Source: Patescibacteria group bacterium (GTDB lineage: Bacteria > Patescibacteriota > Patescibacteriia > UBA1558 > UBA10009). From it: a stretch of 64,000 bases of DNA. A program made the translations under genes and the position numbers. The notes beneath the pieces were generated by a model, which saw only the letters and a program-made list of their open reading frames with translations, made no database searches and was not told the DNA's origin. This document shows positions 27,245 to 36,115 of this stretch, one piece after another (position 1 is the first letter of the stretch; each line of letters opens with the position of its first letter). The DNA lies in the NCBI GenBank assembly GCA_041662565.1, contig JBAZSE010000001.1, positions 65,084 to 129,083 of the forward strand, written 5' to 3'.

Positions 27245-27442
27245 TTAAACGCGGTTAACGTTGATGGCGTTTAATCCTTTAGGAGATTCTTCGGTTTCAA
27301 AGGTAACGTTGTCGCCTTCGTGGAGTTCATTAAAACTTACTCCGACCAAAGAATTGCTGTGGAAGAAAATACCTTTATCTTGACCTTCAGCAGTGATAAA
27401 ACCAAAGCCTTTGTCGGTCAATTTATTGATTGTTCCATTCAT
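27245..27442 (-). CDS. cspA: cold-shock protein (CspA family)
   Basis: KGFGFITAEGQDKGIFFH and DNVTFE motifs in a 65-aa protein. Confidence 0.9.
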   Translation of the reverse strand: MNGTINKLTDKGFGFITAEGQDKGIFFHSNSLVGVSFNELHEGDNVTFETEESPKGLNAINVNRV

Positions 27443-27647
27443 TGATTTAGAATGTTATGAAATTAAAGTGTAAGTTGGTAGATTTTTAAAAGTCGACTAT
27501 TTTTTGAAAATATATAACTTTACCAAATGAGTATAACATAGATATATTGTTATGTCAAGCCCCAAATAGGTGCTTGCCTCCTGGGTCTGGTAATTTTCAT
27601 AAATATGTGTTATTCTGTTTCAACTTGCCTTAAATATTCATTATTAT

Positions 27648-29099
27648 ATGTCCGAAGAAGTAGTTTTAAGATTTAATGAAGTCAATTTTGAATACCTTCA
27701 CAAAAAGCCCATTTTACATGAGGCCAGCTTTAGCATCCGCAAAGGAGCTAAGTTTACCTTGATGGGCCAAAACGGAGCAGGTAAAAGCACCATTTTTAAG
27801 TTAATTACCGGCGAGCTTAAACCGGCCAAGGGCCGAGTTTCTATTACCGATAACGCCAGCGTGGGTACGGCTCATCAAACAGTTGTCCGAGCGGATTTTG
27901 TTTTGTCGGTAGAAGAATATTTTGAGCGGGCGTTTACCGAAGTGCCGGGTAATATTAAAAGTAGGATCAGTAAAGTGATGGACGCGGTTAATTTGGATTT
28001 ACCCCTAGAGCGAAAAGTGGGCGATTTATCGGGCGGCCAGCAGGCGCGGTTACTACTTGCTTACGCTTTAATACAGGATCCGGATATTTTACTATTGGAT
28101 GAGCCAACCAATAATTTGGATGCCGAAGGCATTGGCCATTTAATCGCTTTTTTACTGGGTTACCCCAAAACCGTTTTGGTAATTTCGCACGATGCGGATT
28201 TTTTAAACTTATTTACCGAAGGTGTTATTTATTTAAATAATTTTACCCACGAAACCGAAATGTATGTTGGCGACTATTATTCGGTGGTGGAAGAAATTGC
28301 TGCCCGAGTGGAGCGAGAAGAAAAATTAAACGCCCAGCTGGAAAAAAGCATCCGAGATCGCAAGGAAAAAGTTAACTTTTTTGCCAACAAGGGAGGAAAG
28401 ATGCGTCAATTGGCCAAAAAATTAAAAGAAGAAACTCAAGAGATGGAAGAGAATAAGGTGGAAGTTCGCAAAGAAGATCGCACCATTAGGGATTTTGAAA
28501 TACCGGCGCAGGAAATTTACGGCGATATTGCCAAATTAACAAAAGTTAAAGTGATTAAAGATCACGAGCCGGTTTTTAAAGAAATAAATAAAGAAATAAA
28601 AAGACGGAGCAGAATTTTAATTATTGGCCCTAACGGCATTGGCAAAAGTACGCTGTTGCGCACTTTGGTGGCGCAAACCGATGAAGGCATGAAAATCATG
28701 CCCGAAGTAAAAGTGGGGTATTACAGCCAGGATTTTGCCACTTTGGATTTTAAACAAACTGTTTTTGACTGTTTAAAAAGCGTGATGATTGATGAAGCCG
28801 ATGAACAAACCATGAGAGCGGTGGCGGCCGGGTTTTTAATTTACGGCGATTTAATGGGTCATGAAGTTGGAGCTTTATCCGAAGGCCAAAAGGGTTTACT
28901 TTCTTTTGCCCGATTGGTTTTAATGCGACCCGGTTTGTTGATTTTGGATGAACCAACTAACCATATTAACTTTAGGCATTTGCCGGTGATTATTGAAGCC
29001 ATAAATAATTACGATGGCGCTTTAATGATGGTTAGCCATATGCCGGAGTTTGTAGAAAAAATTAAGTTTGATGAAGAACTGGATTTAAGTAAGTTGTAA
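27648..29099 (+). CDS. ABC-F family ATPase (two ABC cassettes, no TMD)
   Basis: Walker A motifs GQNGAGKST and GPNGIGKST, and signature motifs LSGGQQARLLLA and LSEGQKGLLSFA, separated by a charged linker. Confidence 0.9.
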   Translation: MSEEVVLRFNEVNFEYLHKKPILHEASFSIRKGAKFTLMGQNGAGKSTIFKLITGELKPAKGRVSITDNASVGTAHQTVVRADFVLSVEEYFERAFTEVPGNIKSRISKVMDAVNLDLPLERKVGDLSGGQQARLLLAYALIQDPDILLLDEPTNNLDAEGIGHLIAFLLGYPKTVLVISHDADFLNLFTEGVIYLNNFTHETEMYVGDYYSVVEEIAARVEREEKLNAQLEKSIRDRKEKVNFFANKGGKMRQLAKKLKEETQEMEENKVEVRKEDRTIRDFEIPAQEIYGDIAKLTKVKVIKDHEPVFKEINKEIKRRSRILIIGPNGIGKSTLLRTLVAQTDEGMKIMPEVKVGYYSQDFATLDFKQTVFDCLKSVMIDEADEQTMRAVAAGFLIYGDLMGHEVGALSEGQKGLLSFARLVLMRPGLLILDEPTNHINFRHLPVIIEAINNYDGALMMVSHMPEFVEKIKFDEELDLSKL

Positions 29100-29114
29100 A
29101 ATCAGAGATTATTA

Positions 29115-29139
29115 AACAGGTTTTAAGGGCCTGTTTTTT
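29115..29139 (+). terminator. rho-independent terminator
   Basis: AACAGG ttttaaggg CCTGTT followed by TTTT. Confidence 0.55.
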
Positions 29140-29143
29140 ATAA

Positions 29144-29175
29144 TAAAAAAAGACAACCGTTGTTGAGGCGGTTGT
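29144..29175 (-). terminator. rho-independent terminator for minus-strand gene 29191..29484
   Basis: ACAACCG ttgttgagg CGGTTGT preceded by an A-run on the + strand. Confidence 0.5.
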
Positions 29176-29190
29176 TGGGTGAAGCGGGAG

Positions 29191-29484
29191 TTATACTACC
29201 GTAATCTTGAAAGTTTCATTGTATCTTTTTCTTGCCGGCATATCTATGCGGTCGCTACATAAATAACCGCCACAGTTAAAGGTATACTCCAGGTAGCCCC
29301 GAACGGTTGTTTGAGAAACAACACTAACTTTAAGCGTTGCGCTGTTTTCAACCGTAAATGCAGCCGTCAGTTTACCGCTGACAGATGGTTCGTTGTTGAG
29401 TTGGAATTTAACAGACACATGTATGTTGGTGTCAATTATAATCACAAACGATCTAGCGCCCCGTGGCAGGCGAACTTCTGTCAT
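29191..29484 (-). CDS. hypothetical small protein
   Basis: ORF of 97 aa with its own terminator and no recognisable family. Confidence 0.35.
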   Translation of the reverse strand: MTEVRLPRGARSFVIIIDTNIHVSVKFQLNNEPSVSGKLTAAFTVENSATLKVSVVSQTTVRGYLEYTFNCGGYLCSDRIDMPARKRYNETFKITVV

Positions 29485-29651
29485 CTTTCTCCCGTTTTGG
29501 TGAATGAAAAGTGCAAGTGATTTTATTTAGATCAAAGGATCAAAATAAAAAAGTATTATAATTTATCAAAGGGTAAAAGTCAAGGTTATTGATATTTCTT
29601 AATTAACAATTTTTTGCTATAATTCCTTTATTATCATTAAGCTGCAAATAT

Positions 29652-29822
29652 ATGGAAAAACTTTTTAAAAACCAGCCGTCTAAATTGCCAACCATGTTAT
29701 GGCTAGTGTTAGCCGTGTTATTTATGCTCTCATTTATTTCTTTAGCCGTTAGTTTGTATACTTTAGGCACGGTAACCGGCATAGAACAAGCCACAGTTTA
29801 CGGGACTAATTATCAAAAATAA
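29652..29822 (+). CDS. possible small membrane protein (56 aa)
   Basis: MEKLFKNQPSKLPTMLWLVLAVLFMLSFISLAVSLYTLG.. contains one clear TM helix. A TATAAT lies ~35 nt upstream. It is below the ORF-track length cutoff and competes with the antisense ORF 29603..29794. Confidence 0.3.
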   Translation: MEKLFKNQPSKLPTMLWLVLAVLFMLSFISLAVSLYTLGTVTGIEQATVYGTNYQK

Positions 29823-30017
29823 ACTTGTGAACAAAGGGGAGTAAGGGCGATTTTGGCTAGGGCTTGACAAATTCCCCATAATAGCATACACTATTTTCAA
29901 AGCAAGCATATCTTTTTCGTTTCCTAACACAAATAAATGGTATTAACCTAAATAAGTGTAGGGTAGAAAAGTTAAAAGTCGACTTGCGTAATTTATTTGT
30001 GAAAGGAATATACTAAA

Positions 30018-30377
30018 ATGGCTAAGAAATTATACGTCGGTGGATTGTCTTACGGCACCTCCGAAGAGTCATTAAAAGATCATTTTGCCCAAGCCGGTAC
30101 TGTGGAAACAGCCACCGTTATCATGGACAAAATGACCGGCCGTTCCAAGGGCTTTGGCTTTGTGGAAATGGCTACTGACGAAGAAGCCCAAGCGGCTATT
30201 GAAATGTTTAACGGTAAAGAATTTGAAGGCAGAAACTTAACCGTAAACGAAGCCAGACCAATGGAACCAAGAGCTCCTCGCACCGGCGGATTTAGCCGCG
30301 GCGGCGACAGAGGCGGTTTTGGCGGCGGCAGAAGAGATTTCAATAACGACAGAGGCCCCAGCAGAAAAAGCTGGTAA
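30018..30377 (+). CDS. RRM-type RNA-binding protein with Gly/Arg-rich tail
   Basis: RNP-2 is LYVGGL and RNP-1 is KGFGFVEM. The C-terminal tail reads RGGDRGGFGGGRRD. Confidence 0.85.
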   Translation: MAKKLYVGGLSYGTSEESLKDHFAQAGTVETATVIMDKMTGRSKGFGFVEMATDEEAQAAIEMFNGKEFEGRNLTVNEARPMEPRAPRTGGFSRGGDRGGFGGGRRDFNNDRGPSRKSW

Positions 30378-30400
30378 AAATCTTTATTGATTTTCAAAAT

Positions 30401-30432
30401 CCCTCGGATTTTTTCCGAGGGGTTTTTGTTTT
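30401..30432 (+). terminator. rho-independent terminator
   Basis: CCCTCGGA ttttt TCCGAGGG followed by TTTTTGTTTT. Confidence 0.65.
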
Positions 30433-30437
30433 AAAAA

Positions 30438-30472
30438 AAAATTCCTCCAACAACCGCAATGGTCGTTGGAGG
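30438..30472 (-). terminator. rho-independent terminator for minus-strand gene 30492..30827
   Basis: CCTCCAAC..GTTGGAGG hairpin preceded by A9 on the + strand. Confidence 0.55.
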
Positions 30473-30491
30473 GATGGTTGAGAAAGACGAT

Positions 30492-30827
30492 TCAACAAAT
30501 CAAATAATGCAGTGATTGGCCAACTGCGAAAATGTGATTGAATGCATGAAGAATGTCTTCCAGATTCATTAAATCGTGAACATTAGCCAACCGACGATTT
30601 AGAATTCTCAAATCATTGCTGATTTTTTCGGATTCCGTTTGTAAAACGGCCTGATCATCAAGGTCGAGATTTTCCGATTTTTTGCCAAAAGAAAGGATTT
30701 CCTGTTGTATTCTTTCTCCTTCAGTAATCAGAAGTCGGCATTTTTCTTCAATACTGACGTCGCCTTCGTTGGCCAGTTTCATTCGTTCCAGACGGATGAC
30801 ACTTTTCCTATAATCCACGACTTTCAT
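30492..30827 (-). CDS. hypothetical protein
   Basis: ORF of 111 aa flanked by its own terminator. Confidence 0.35.
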   Translation of the reverse strand: MKVVDYRKSVIRLERMKLANEGDVSIEEKCRLLITEGERIQQEILSFGKKSENLDLDDQAVLQTESEKISNDLRILNRRLANVHDLMNLEDILHAFNHIFAVGQSLHYLIC

Positions 30828-31024
30828 AATTCCTCTATGTTTGAGGTGTTGTTGATTTGTTGAATTGATACAATAATGCCTTATTTTATTTTATCTTGGC
30901 TCTTTTGTCAATGGTGCGAAATTTTAAAACTTGACAGAATTTTAATAAAATGGTAGGATGATTTGTTCAATCGTATCAATTTACAATTCACAGTAAACAA
31001 TCATCCTAAACACAAGGATCAACA

Positions 31025-31957
31025 ATGAAGGAAGAAAGGCCGGAAGTTAGTTCGCTATTACTCATTGATGGCGAAACAACCAACTCTAATGATTGGCCTG
31101 AGCGTCAACGGGTCATGTATGAGCAGGCGGATTATCTTGGCTGGGCCAATATCTGCTTTGAGGCTTATAAGAGAGCTGAAAATTTGGTTCTCAAGATTTG
31201 GCTTCTGTTGGAATTCGTGAACGGTTATCGGCGCCAGCCTGGAATATGGAGTATTGAGCGCGCTACTCAATGGTTAGACGAGGCGCATCATTTGATCGTA
31301 AAGCTTGGCCATCATCCACAAAACAAAAGGCTTCAATCAATCTGGGCATATCAAAGAGGTATGGTTTATCACCTTTCGGGTGAATTTTACCAAGCTGCTG
31401 ACTGTCATCACTTGGCAGTTGAAATTGCTTCAGACCATGTTGAGCGCACCATCTCGGAATATATGGTGGCTTACGAGAACCTGAACGATGCCATCTTTAA
31501 TAACGACCAGATCAGTCAAAGGTCGAAAAATTACGAAATAGTGGCGCGGCGATTACTGAAGGCCTTTAAGGGCAATGATTCCCAGAATCAACTTCGTTGG
31601 TACGCCAATGTTTTGTGCCACCGCGCAGTTTTTGCCTGGTTGGATCACTCGGTTGACAAGGTTCCGCGTTTTGCTACTAAAGCCTTGGCTTTTTTAAAAA
31701 CACATCCGCAGATTCCGGCCTCAGCCTTTGCTGATGCTCTGGTTGTTATGCAGGCAATGCAAACCGGCAAATTGGTGGAAACCAAGCGGATTTGGGGCGA
31801 CGCAGATTGGCTGGCAGCGGCTCGATTGTGGAACGTGTATCATCTACCTCAAGTGGATGACTGGAAGCCGATGCTTCAACAAATCATCAATGATAAAACT
31901 TTAATGGGCGGCCGTCTATTCAAAAATCAAGCAGCACGACAGCTGGCTGTAGAATAA
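31025..31957 (+). CDS. hypothetical protein (helical, moderately GC-rich)
   Basis: ORF of 310 aa. A TTGACA..17 nt..TAGGAT promoter and a 13-bp inverted repeat lie in its leader. A terminator follows. Confidence 0.45.
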   Translation: MKEERPEVSSLLLIDGETTNSNDWPERQRVMYEQADYLGWANICFEAYKRAENLVLKIWLLLEFVNGYRRQPGIWSIERATQWLDEAHHLIVKLGHHPQNKRLQSIWAYQRGMVYHLSGEFYQAADCHHLAVEIASDHVERTISEYMVAYENLNDAIFNNDQISQRSKNYEIVARRLLKAFKGNDSQNQLRWYANVLCHRAVFAWLDHSVDKVPRFATKALAFLKTHPQIPASAFADALVVMQAMQTGKLVETKRIWGDADWLAAARLWNVYHLPQVDDWKPMLQQIINDKTLMGGRLFKNQAARQLAVE

Positions 31958-31985
31958 GACGATTGGCCAAAAAGTAGATTTCATA

Positions 31986-32020
31986 GGGGGAACGGACATC
32001 AACGTTCCCCTCTTTTTTAT
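31986..32020 (+). terminator. rho-independent terminator (same stem module as 21873)
   Basis: GGGGGAACG gacatcaa CGTTCCCC followed by TCTTTTTTAT. Confidence 0.7.
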
Positions 32021-32056
32021 CTTGTTTTTTCTTTAAAATCCTAGTATTATTTACTT

Positions 32057-33388
32057 ATGTTTATTAAAAAGTTTTTAGCTATTTTGGCTTTAGCCATCCA
32101 CTTGCCGATAATTTTTTATTTCTGGCTTTTCGGTTCCGGTGATTTATTAAGAAGCGGGCAATCCGATATGATGTTGATTGCTTTAGGCAGAATTTCCGGT
32201 TTACTGGCTGTATTTTTTATTTTGCTTCAGCTGATTTTTATCGGGCGGGTAAAATGGCTGGAAAAATTATTTGGCTTGGATAAGTTATCAATTTGGCACC
32301 ACTTAAACGGCATTTTTGCCTTGATTTTTATTTTGGCTCATCCTATTTTATTAATGCTGGGTTATGGACAATTAACTGGGCACGGTTTTTTTAACCAGCT
32401 TTTTGAGGCGATTTTAAATGGTGATGATTTGTTTGGCGCTTTTGTGGCCGTATTAATTTTTTTAGGTACGGTTATAATTTCGGCAACATTTATCCGAAAA
32501 TATTTAAATTACGAAAAATGGCATTTTTTGCATTTAGCCACCTACGCCGCAATTTTAATGGCTTTTGGCCACCAGTTGGAATTGGGCGGGGATTTCCATA
32601 ATCAGCTGTTTGTTTATTATTGGTACGCTTTGTATTTTGGAGTTTTTGGCCAGCTTATTTGGTATCGTTTTTTAACCCCGCTGGTTAATTTTTTTAAGCA
32701 CGGTTTTTACGTGGATAAATTAGAAGAAGAATTGCCTGGCGTGCTTTCGTGTTATATTAAAGGCAAAGATTTATCCTCTTTTAAAGCTCAGGCCGGTCAA
32801 TTTATGATTGTCAGATTTTTAAACCAAAAAATCTGGTGGCAGGCACATCCTTTTTCCATTTCTTGTCCGCCTTCGGGCCAATACCTGCGTTTAACCATTA
32901 AAGCCCTGGGCGATTTTACCAAAACTTTAAAAAATAATCTTAAAGCCGGCGATAAAGTTTTGTTGGATGGGCCGCACGGCGTGTTTACTTTAAAATCTTC
33001 CAAGCAGGATAAATTATTGTTTATTGCCGGCGGAGTTGGTATTACGCCTATCAGAGCGGTATTGGAAGAGGCCTTATTGGCTGGGCGGCAGGCCATTTTA
33101 CTTTATGGCAATCGCACGGCTACGGATATTATTTTTAAAACGGAACTGGATAAATTAAAACAAGAACATCAATTTGGGCTTCATTATATTATTAGTGATG
33201 ACCCTTCTTGGGCAGGCGAACAAGGCCGGCTTGATTTGGCAAAAATCAGCCAGTTAGCACCCGATGCTGGCACGCGCGAGGTTTATTTGTGCGGCCCTGC
33301 CGCTATGATGAAATCGGTTAGGCAATCATTGGCTAAACTTAAGGTGCCAAAAGGTCAAATCCATTTTGAAAAGTTTTCTTTAGGATAA
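32057..33388 (+). CDS. ferric-reductase-like transmembrane domain fused to FAD/NAD(P)-binding oxidoreductase domain
   Basis: An N-terminal 6-TM domain carries conserved His residues. The FNR-like domain has motifs HPFSIS and GGVGITPIRAVL. Confidence 0.75.
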   Translation: MFIKKFLAILALAIHLPIIFYFWLFGSGDLLRSGQSDMMLIALGRISGLLAVFFILLQLIFIGRVKWLEKLFGLDKLSIWHHLNGIFALIFILAHPILLMLGYGQLTGHGFFNQLFEAILNGDDLFGAFVAVLIFLGTVIISATFIRKYLNYEKWHFLHLATYAAILMAFGHQLELGGDFHNQLFVYYWYALYFGVFGQLIWYRFLTPLVNFFKHGFYVDKLEEELPGVLSCYIKGKDLSSFKAQAGQFMIVRFLNQKIWWQAHPFSISCPPSGQYLRLTIKALGDFTKTLKNNLKAGDKVLLDGPHGVFTLKSSKQDKLLFIAGGVGITPIRAVLEEALLAGRQAILLYGNRTATDIIFKTELDKLKQEHQFGLHYIISDDPSWAGEQGRLDLAKISQLAPDAGTREVYLCGPAAMMKSVRQSLAKLKVPKGQIHFEKFSLG

Positions 33389-33696
33389 CGAGCCAGCAGA
33401 CGAAAGATTTTATTTTTATTTATTAACACCTTGCATCTTTTCAAATATATAATATAATATAAATAGATTTTAAAAATTAAAAATAAAATACTTGTCCTCC
33501 GAAGCTCAAAGAGCGAAGGGGGAAAAATTATTTTTTAACCCATAAATCCTAATTCTTGGATTAGTATGATTCTATCATGAAAGATATTGACGAGGTCGGG
33601 GGGATAATGCCTCAGCTAAAGTTAGATCAACAATCAATCATTAAGCTTCCTGCAAAGTCGGTTTTATAGCTGGCTTTTTTCTTTTTAAAAATAACT

Positions 33697-36105
33697 ATGA
33701 ACTATTCCAATGGCAATGAACCGTTAAACAACCACACGATTTTGGTGGTTAATACCGGTTCGGCCAAAAAAAAATTTATCTTGCAGCGTCTTAAGGCCTT
33801 GGGCCTAAAAATCGTTGTTTTAAACAAGGAAAAAAATTGGGCCGAACCGTTTGTTGATCACTGGATTTTAGCCGACACCTTTAATCACGTGGAAGCGGTG
33901 GCCGCTGTTAAAGCATTTATGGCCGCCAATTTGGACGTAAAAATAGAAGGCGCTTTAACTTTTTGGGAAGATGATGTGTTGCTGGCTTCTAAAATAGCCG
34001 ATAAGTTTAATTTTATCGGCATCCCGTTTAATGTGGCCAAAAAAGCCAGGAATAAATTTTTGTTTAGGGAATTTTGCGCACTGCATGGCTTAAAAACACC
34101 GGCTCACTCTTTGGTAAAAAATAACGAAGATCTAAATTATATTGTCCAGAATTTTAAATTCCCTTTGGTTATTAAGCCAACCTACGGCTCTTCGAGCGCT
34201 TACGTTATTAAGCTGGAAAATCAAGAAGAGTTGTTTAACACTTATCAATATTTAAAAAAGAACATTTCCACGGATGTAGAATCGGCTTTAACCGATGGCG
34301 TGGAAATTTTAGTGGAAGAATATATTGATGGCGATGAAGTGGATATTGATATTGTTTTGCAAAATGGCAAAATAAAATTTTTTTCCATTTCCGATAATGA
34401 TAAAACCAATGAACCGTTTTTTGTGGAAACCGGCCAATCAATTCCTTCCGGTTTGCCCGAACGCACGCAAAGCGAATTGATTGAAATGGCCGAAGAAACA
34501 TTGGAAAAAATGGGTGTTCAAAACGGCGTAATTCATTTTGAAGCCAAGGCCGGCAAAAACGGCACTGTGCCCATTGAGGCCAACTTGCGTATGGGTGGCG
34601 ATGAAGTTCATTCTTTTGTTAAAGGTGCCTGGGGCGTGGATTTAATCGAATGCGCCGTAAAAATTGCGTTGGGTGTTCATATTCCCAAAATCCATCGGCC
34701 GGTTTCTCCCCGCAAATATTTAACCGGCAAATATTTTTTAAACGATAATTCTGGCATTTTGGTTAAAATGGACGTGGTAGAAGATTTGAAAAAAAATCCC
34801 AATGTGGAAGAAATTCATTTTTTTAAGGAAATCGGAGATGCCATTTTGGTGCCGCCGGAGGGTTATGAATTTTTGGGCTGGGTTGTGGTTTCGGGCTATA
34901 ATCGCCTGGATGCCCAAGATAATTTGCGCGAAATCGCTTCAAAAATTCATTTTGACGTGGTTAAATTTGACAGCGATTCGGCTTTAGGCCGCACTTCCCG
35001 CAAAAGCCGTTTTTCTTCGGCCGTACTTAACAAAACTTTGCTAACCAGGGCGGCTCGGCTGGAAAAATTAAGAAGCGTATCCAAAGATAATCAGGGCAAG
35101 CTTAAAATCGGCGTTTTGGGAAATTCATCTGATGAAAATCAGGAGAGCTGGGAAAAATCTTTAGCTAAGGTAAGTGAAGAAGTGGTTGCCTCTCTAAAAA
35201 CCAAGGGCTATCAAGTTACCTTTTTTGATTCATCGGATTTTCCTAAAGTAGTTACTGATTTAAAAAAGAGCGATGTTGATTTGGTTTTTAATTTGGCCGA
35301 AAAAATCAACCAGTCGGCTTTGGCCAAATCCGATATCACTTCTGTCTTGGAGGCCTTGCAAATTCCTTACACCGGCTCTTCGCCCTTAACTTTGGCTTTG
35401 GCCCAGGATAAAATAAAGTTTAAAAAAATGCTGGCCTTCCATAATATTCCCACAGCCCGTTGGGATTACGCCTATAGCCCCGATGATGATATTGATGAAT
35501 CATTGCGTTATCCCTTAATCGTTAAGCCGGCAGGGGGTGATCATTCTTTGGGCATTAACAATCAGTCGGTTGTTAATAATAAAGAAGAGCTTAAAACCCA
35601 GCTAGTTTTTGTAACCGAGCGTTTAGGTTCGCCGGCTTTGGTGGAAGAATATATAGAAGGCGATGAATATGATGTCTCTATTTTGGGCAGTAATTTTGAC
35701 GATTTTGAAGTTCTGCCACTCTCGCGGACCATTTTTAAAAATCTGCCAGTTGAGTATAAAAATATTTACACTTTTGAAGCAAAATGGGGGACAAATCCGA
35801 TTTATAACGATATTATTGTCCAGCAACCGCCTAAAAATATCCCTAAAAAGCTGGAAACTCTGTTGACGGAAATTGCCTTGGATACCTATAATATTCTGGA
35901 TTGCCAGGATTACGGCCGGGTGGATATCCGCGTAGATCAAAACGACAATCCTTACGTTTTGGAACTTAATGCCAATCCATCGCTCGCGCCCGATGCGCGC
36001 ATTCCTTCGTCGGCTAAAATTTTAGGCATTGATTACAGCGATTTGCTGGTAGAAATTATCACCTTGGCTATTAAGCGCTATCAGCAAAAACCAAAAAACT
36101 TTTAA
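33697..36105 (+). CDS. tandem ATP-grasp ligase (N-terminal ATP-grasp module plus C-terminal D-Ala-D-Ala-ligase-like ATP-grasp module)
   Basis: N-terminal half: PLVIKPTYGSSSAYV and EEYIDGDEVDIDIV..IEANLRMGG. C-terminal half: DLVFNLAE..ALQIPYTGSSPLTLALAQDKIKFKKML..PLIVKPAGGDHSLGI..EEYIEGDEYDVSILG..ELNANPSLAPD. Confidence 0.75.
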   Translation: MNYSNGNEPLNNHTILVVNTGSAKKKFILQRLKALGLKIVVLNKEKNWAEPFVDHWILADTFNHVEAVAAVKAFMAANLDVKIEGALTFWEDDVLLASKIADKFNFIGIPFNVAKKARNKFLFREFCALHGLKTPAHSLVKNNEDLNYIVQNFKFPLVIKPTYGSSSAYVIKLENQEELFNTYQYLKKNISTDVESALTDGVEILVEEYIDGDEVDIDIVLQNGKIKFFSISDNDKTNEPFFVETGQSIPSGLPERTQSELIEMAEETLEKMGVQNGVIHFEAKAGKNGTVPIEANLRMGGDEVHSFVKGAWGVDLIECAVKIALGVHIPKIHRPVSPRKYLTGKYFLNDNSGILVKMDVVEDLKKNPNVEEIHFFKEIGDAILVPPEGYEFLGWVVVSGYNRLDAQDNLREIASKIHFDVVKFDSDSALGRTSRKSRFSSAVLNKTLLTRAARLEKLRSVSKDNQGKLKIGVLGNSSDENQESWEKSLAKVSEEVVASLKTKGYQVTFFDSSDFPKVVTDLKKSDVDLVFNLAEKINQSALAKSDITSVLEALQIPYTGSSPLTLALAQDKIKFKKMLAFHNIPTARWDYAYSPDDDIDESLRYPLIVKPAGGDHSLGINNQSVVNNKEELKTQLVFVTERLGSPALVEEYIEGDEYDVSILGSNFDDFEVLPLSRTIFKNLPVEYKNIYTFEAKWGTNPIYNDIIVQQPPKNIPKKLETLLTEIALDTYNILDCQDYGRVDIRVDQNDNPYVLELNANPSLAPDARIPSSAKILGIDYSDLLVEIITLAIKRYQQKPKNF

Positions 36106-36115
36106 TTTTAAATTA

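Noticed and set aside
29603-29794. 63-aa minus-strand ORF
   Set aside because: It overlaps a + strand small ORF that encodes a clean TM helix with a TATAAT upstream. Neither is well supported, so the minus ORF is not reported.
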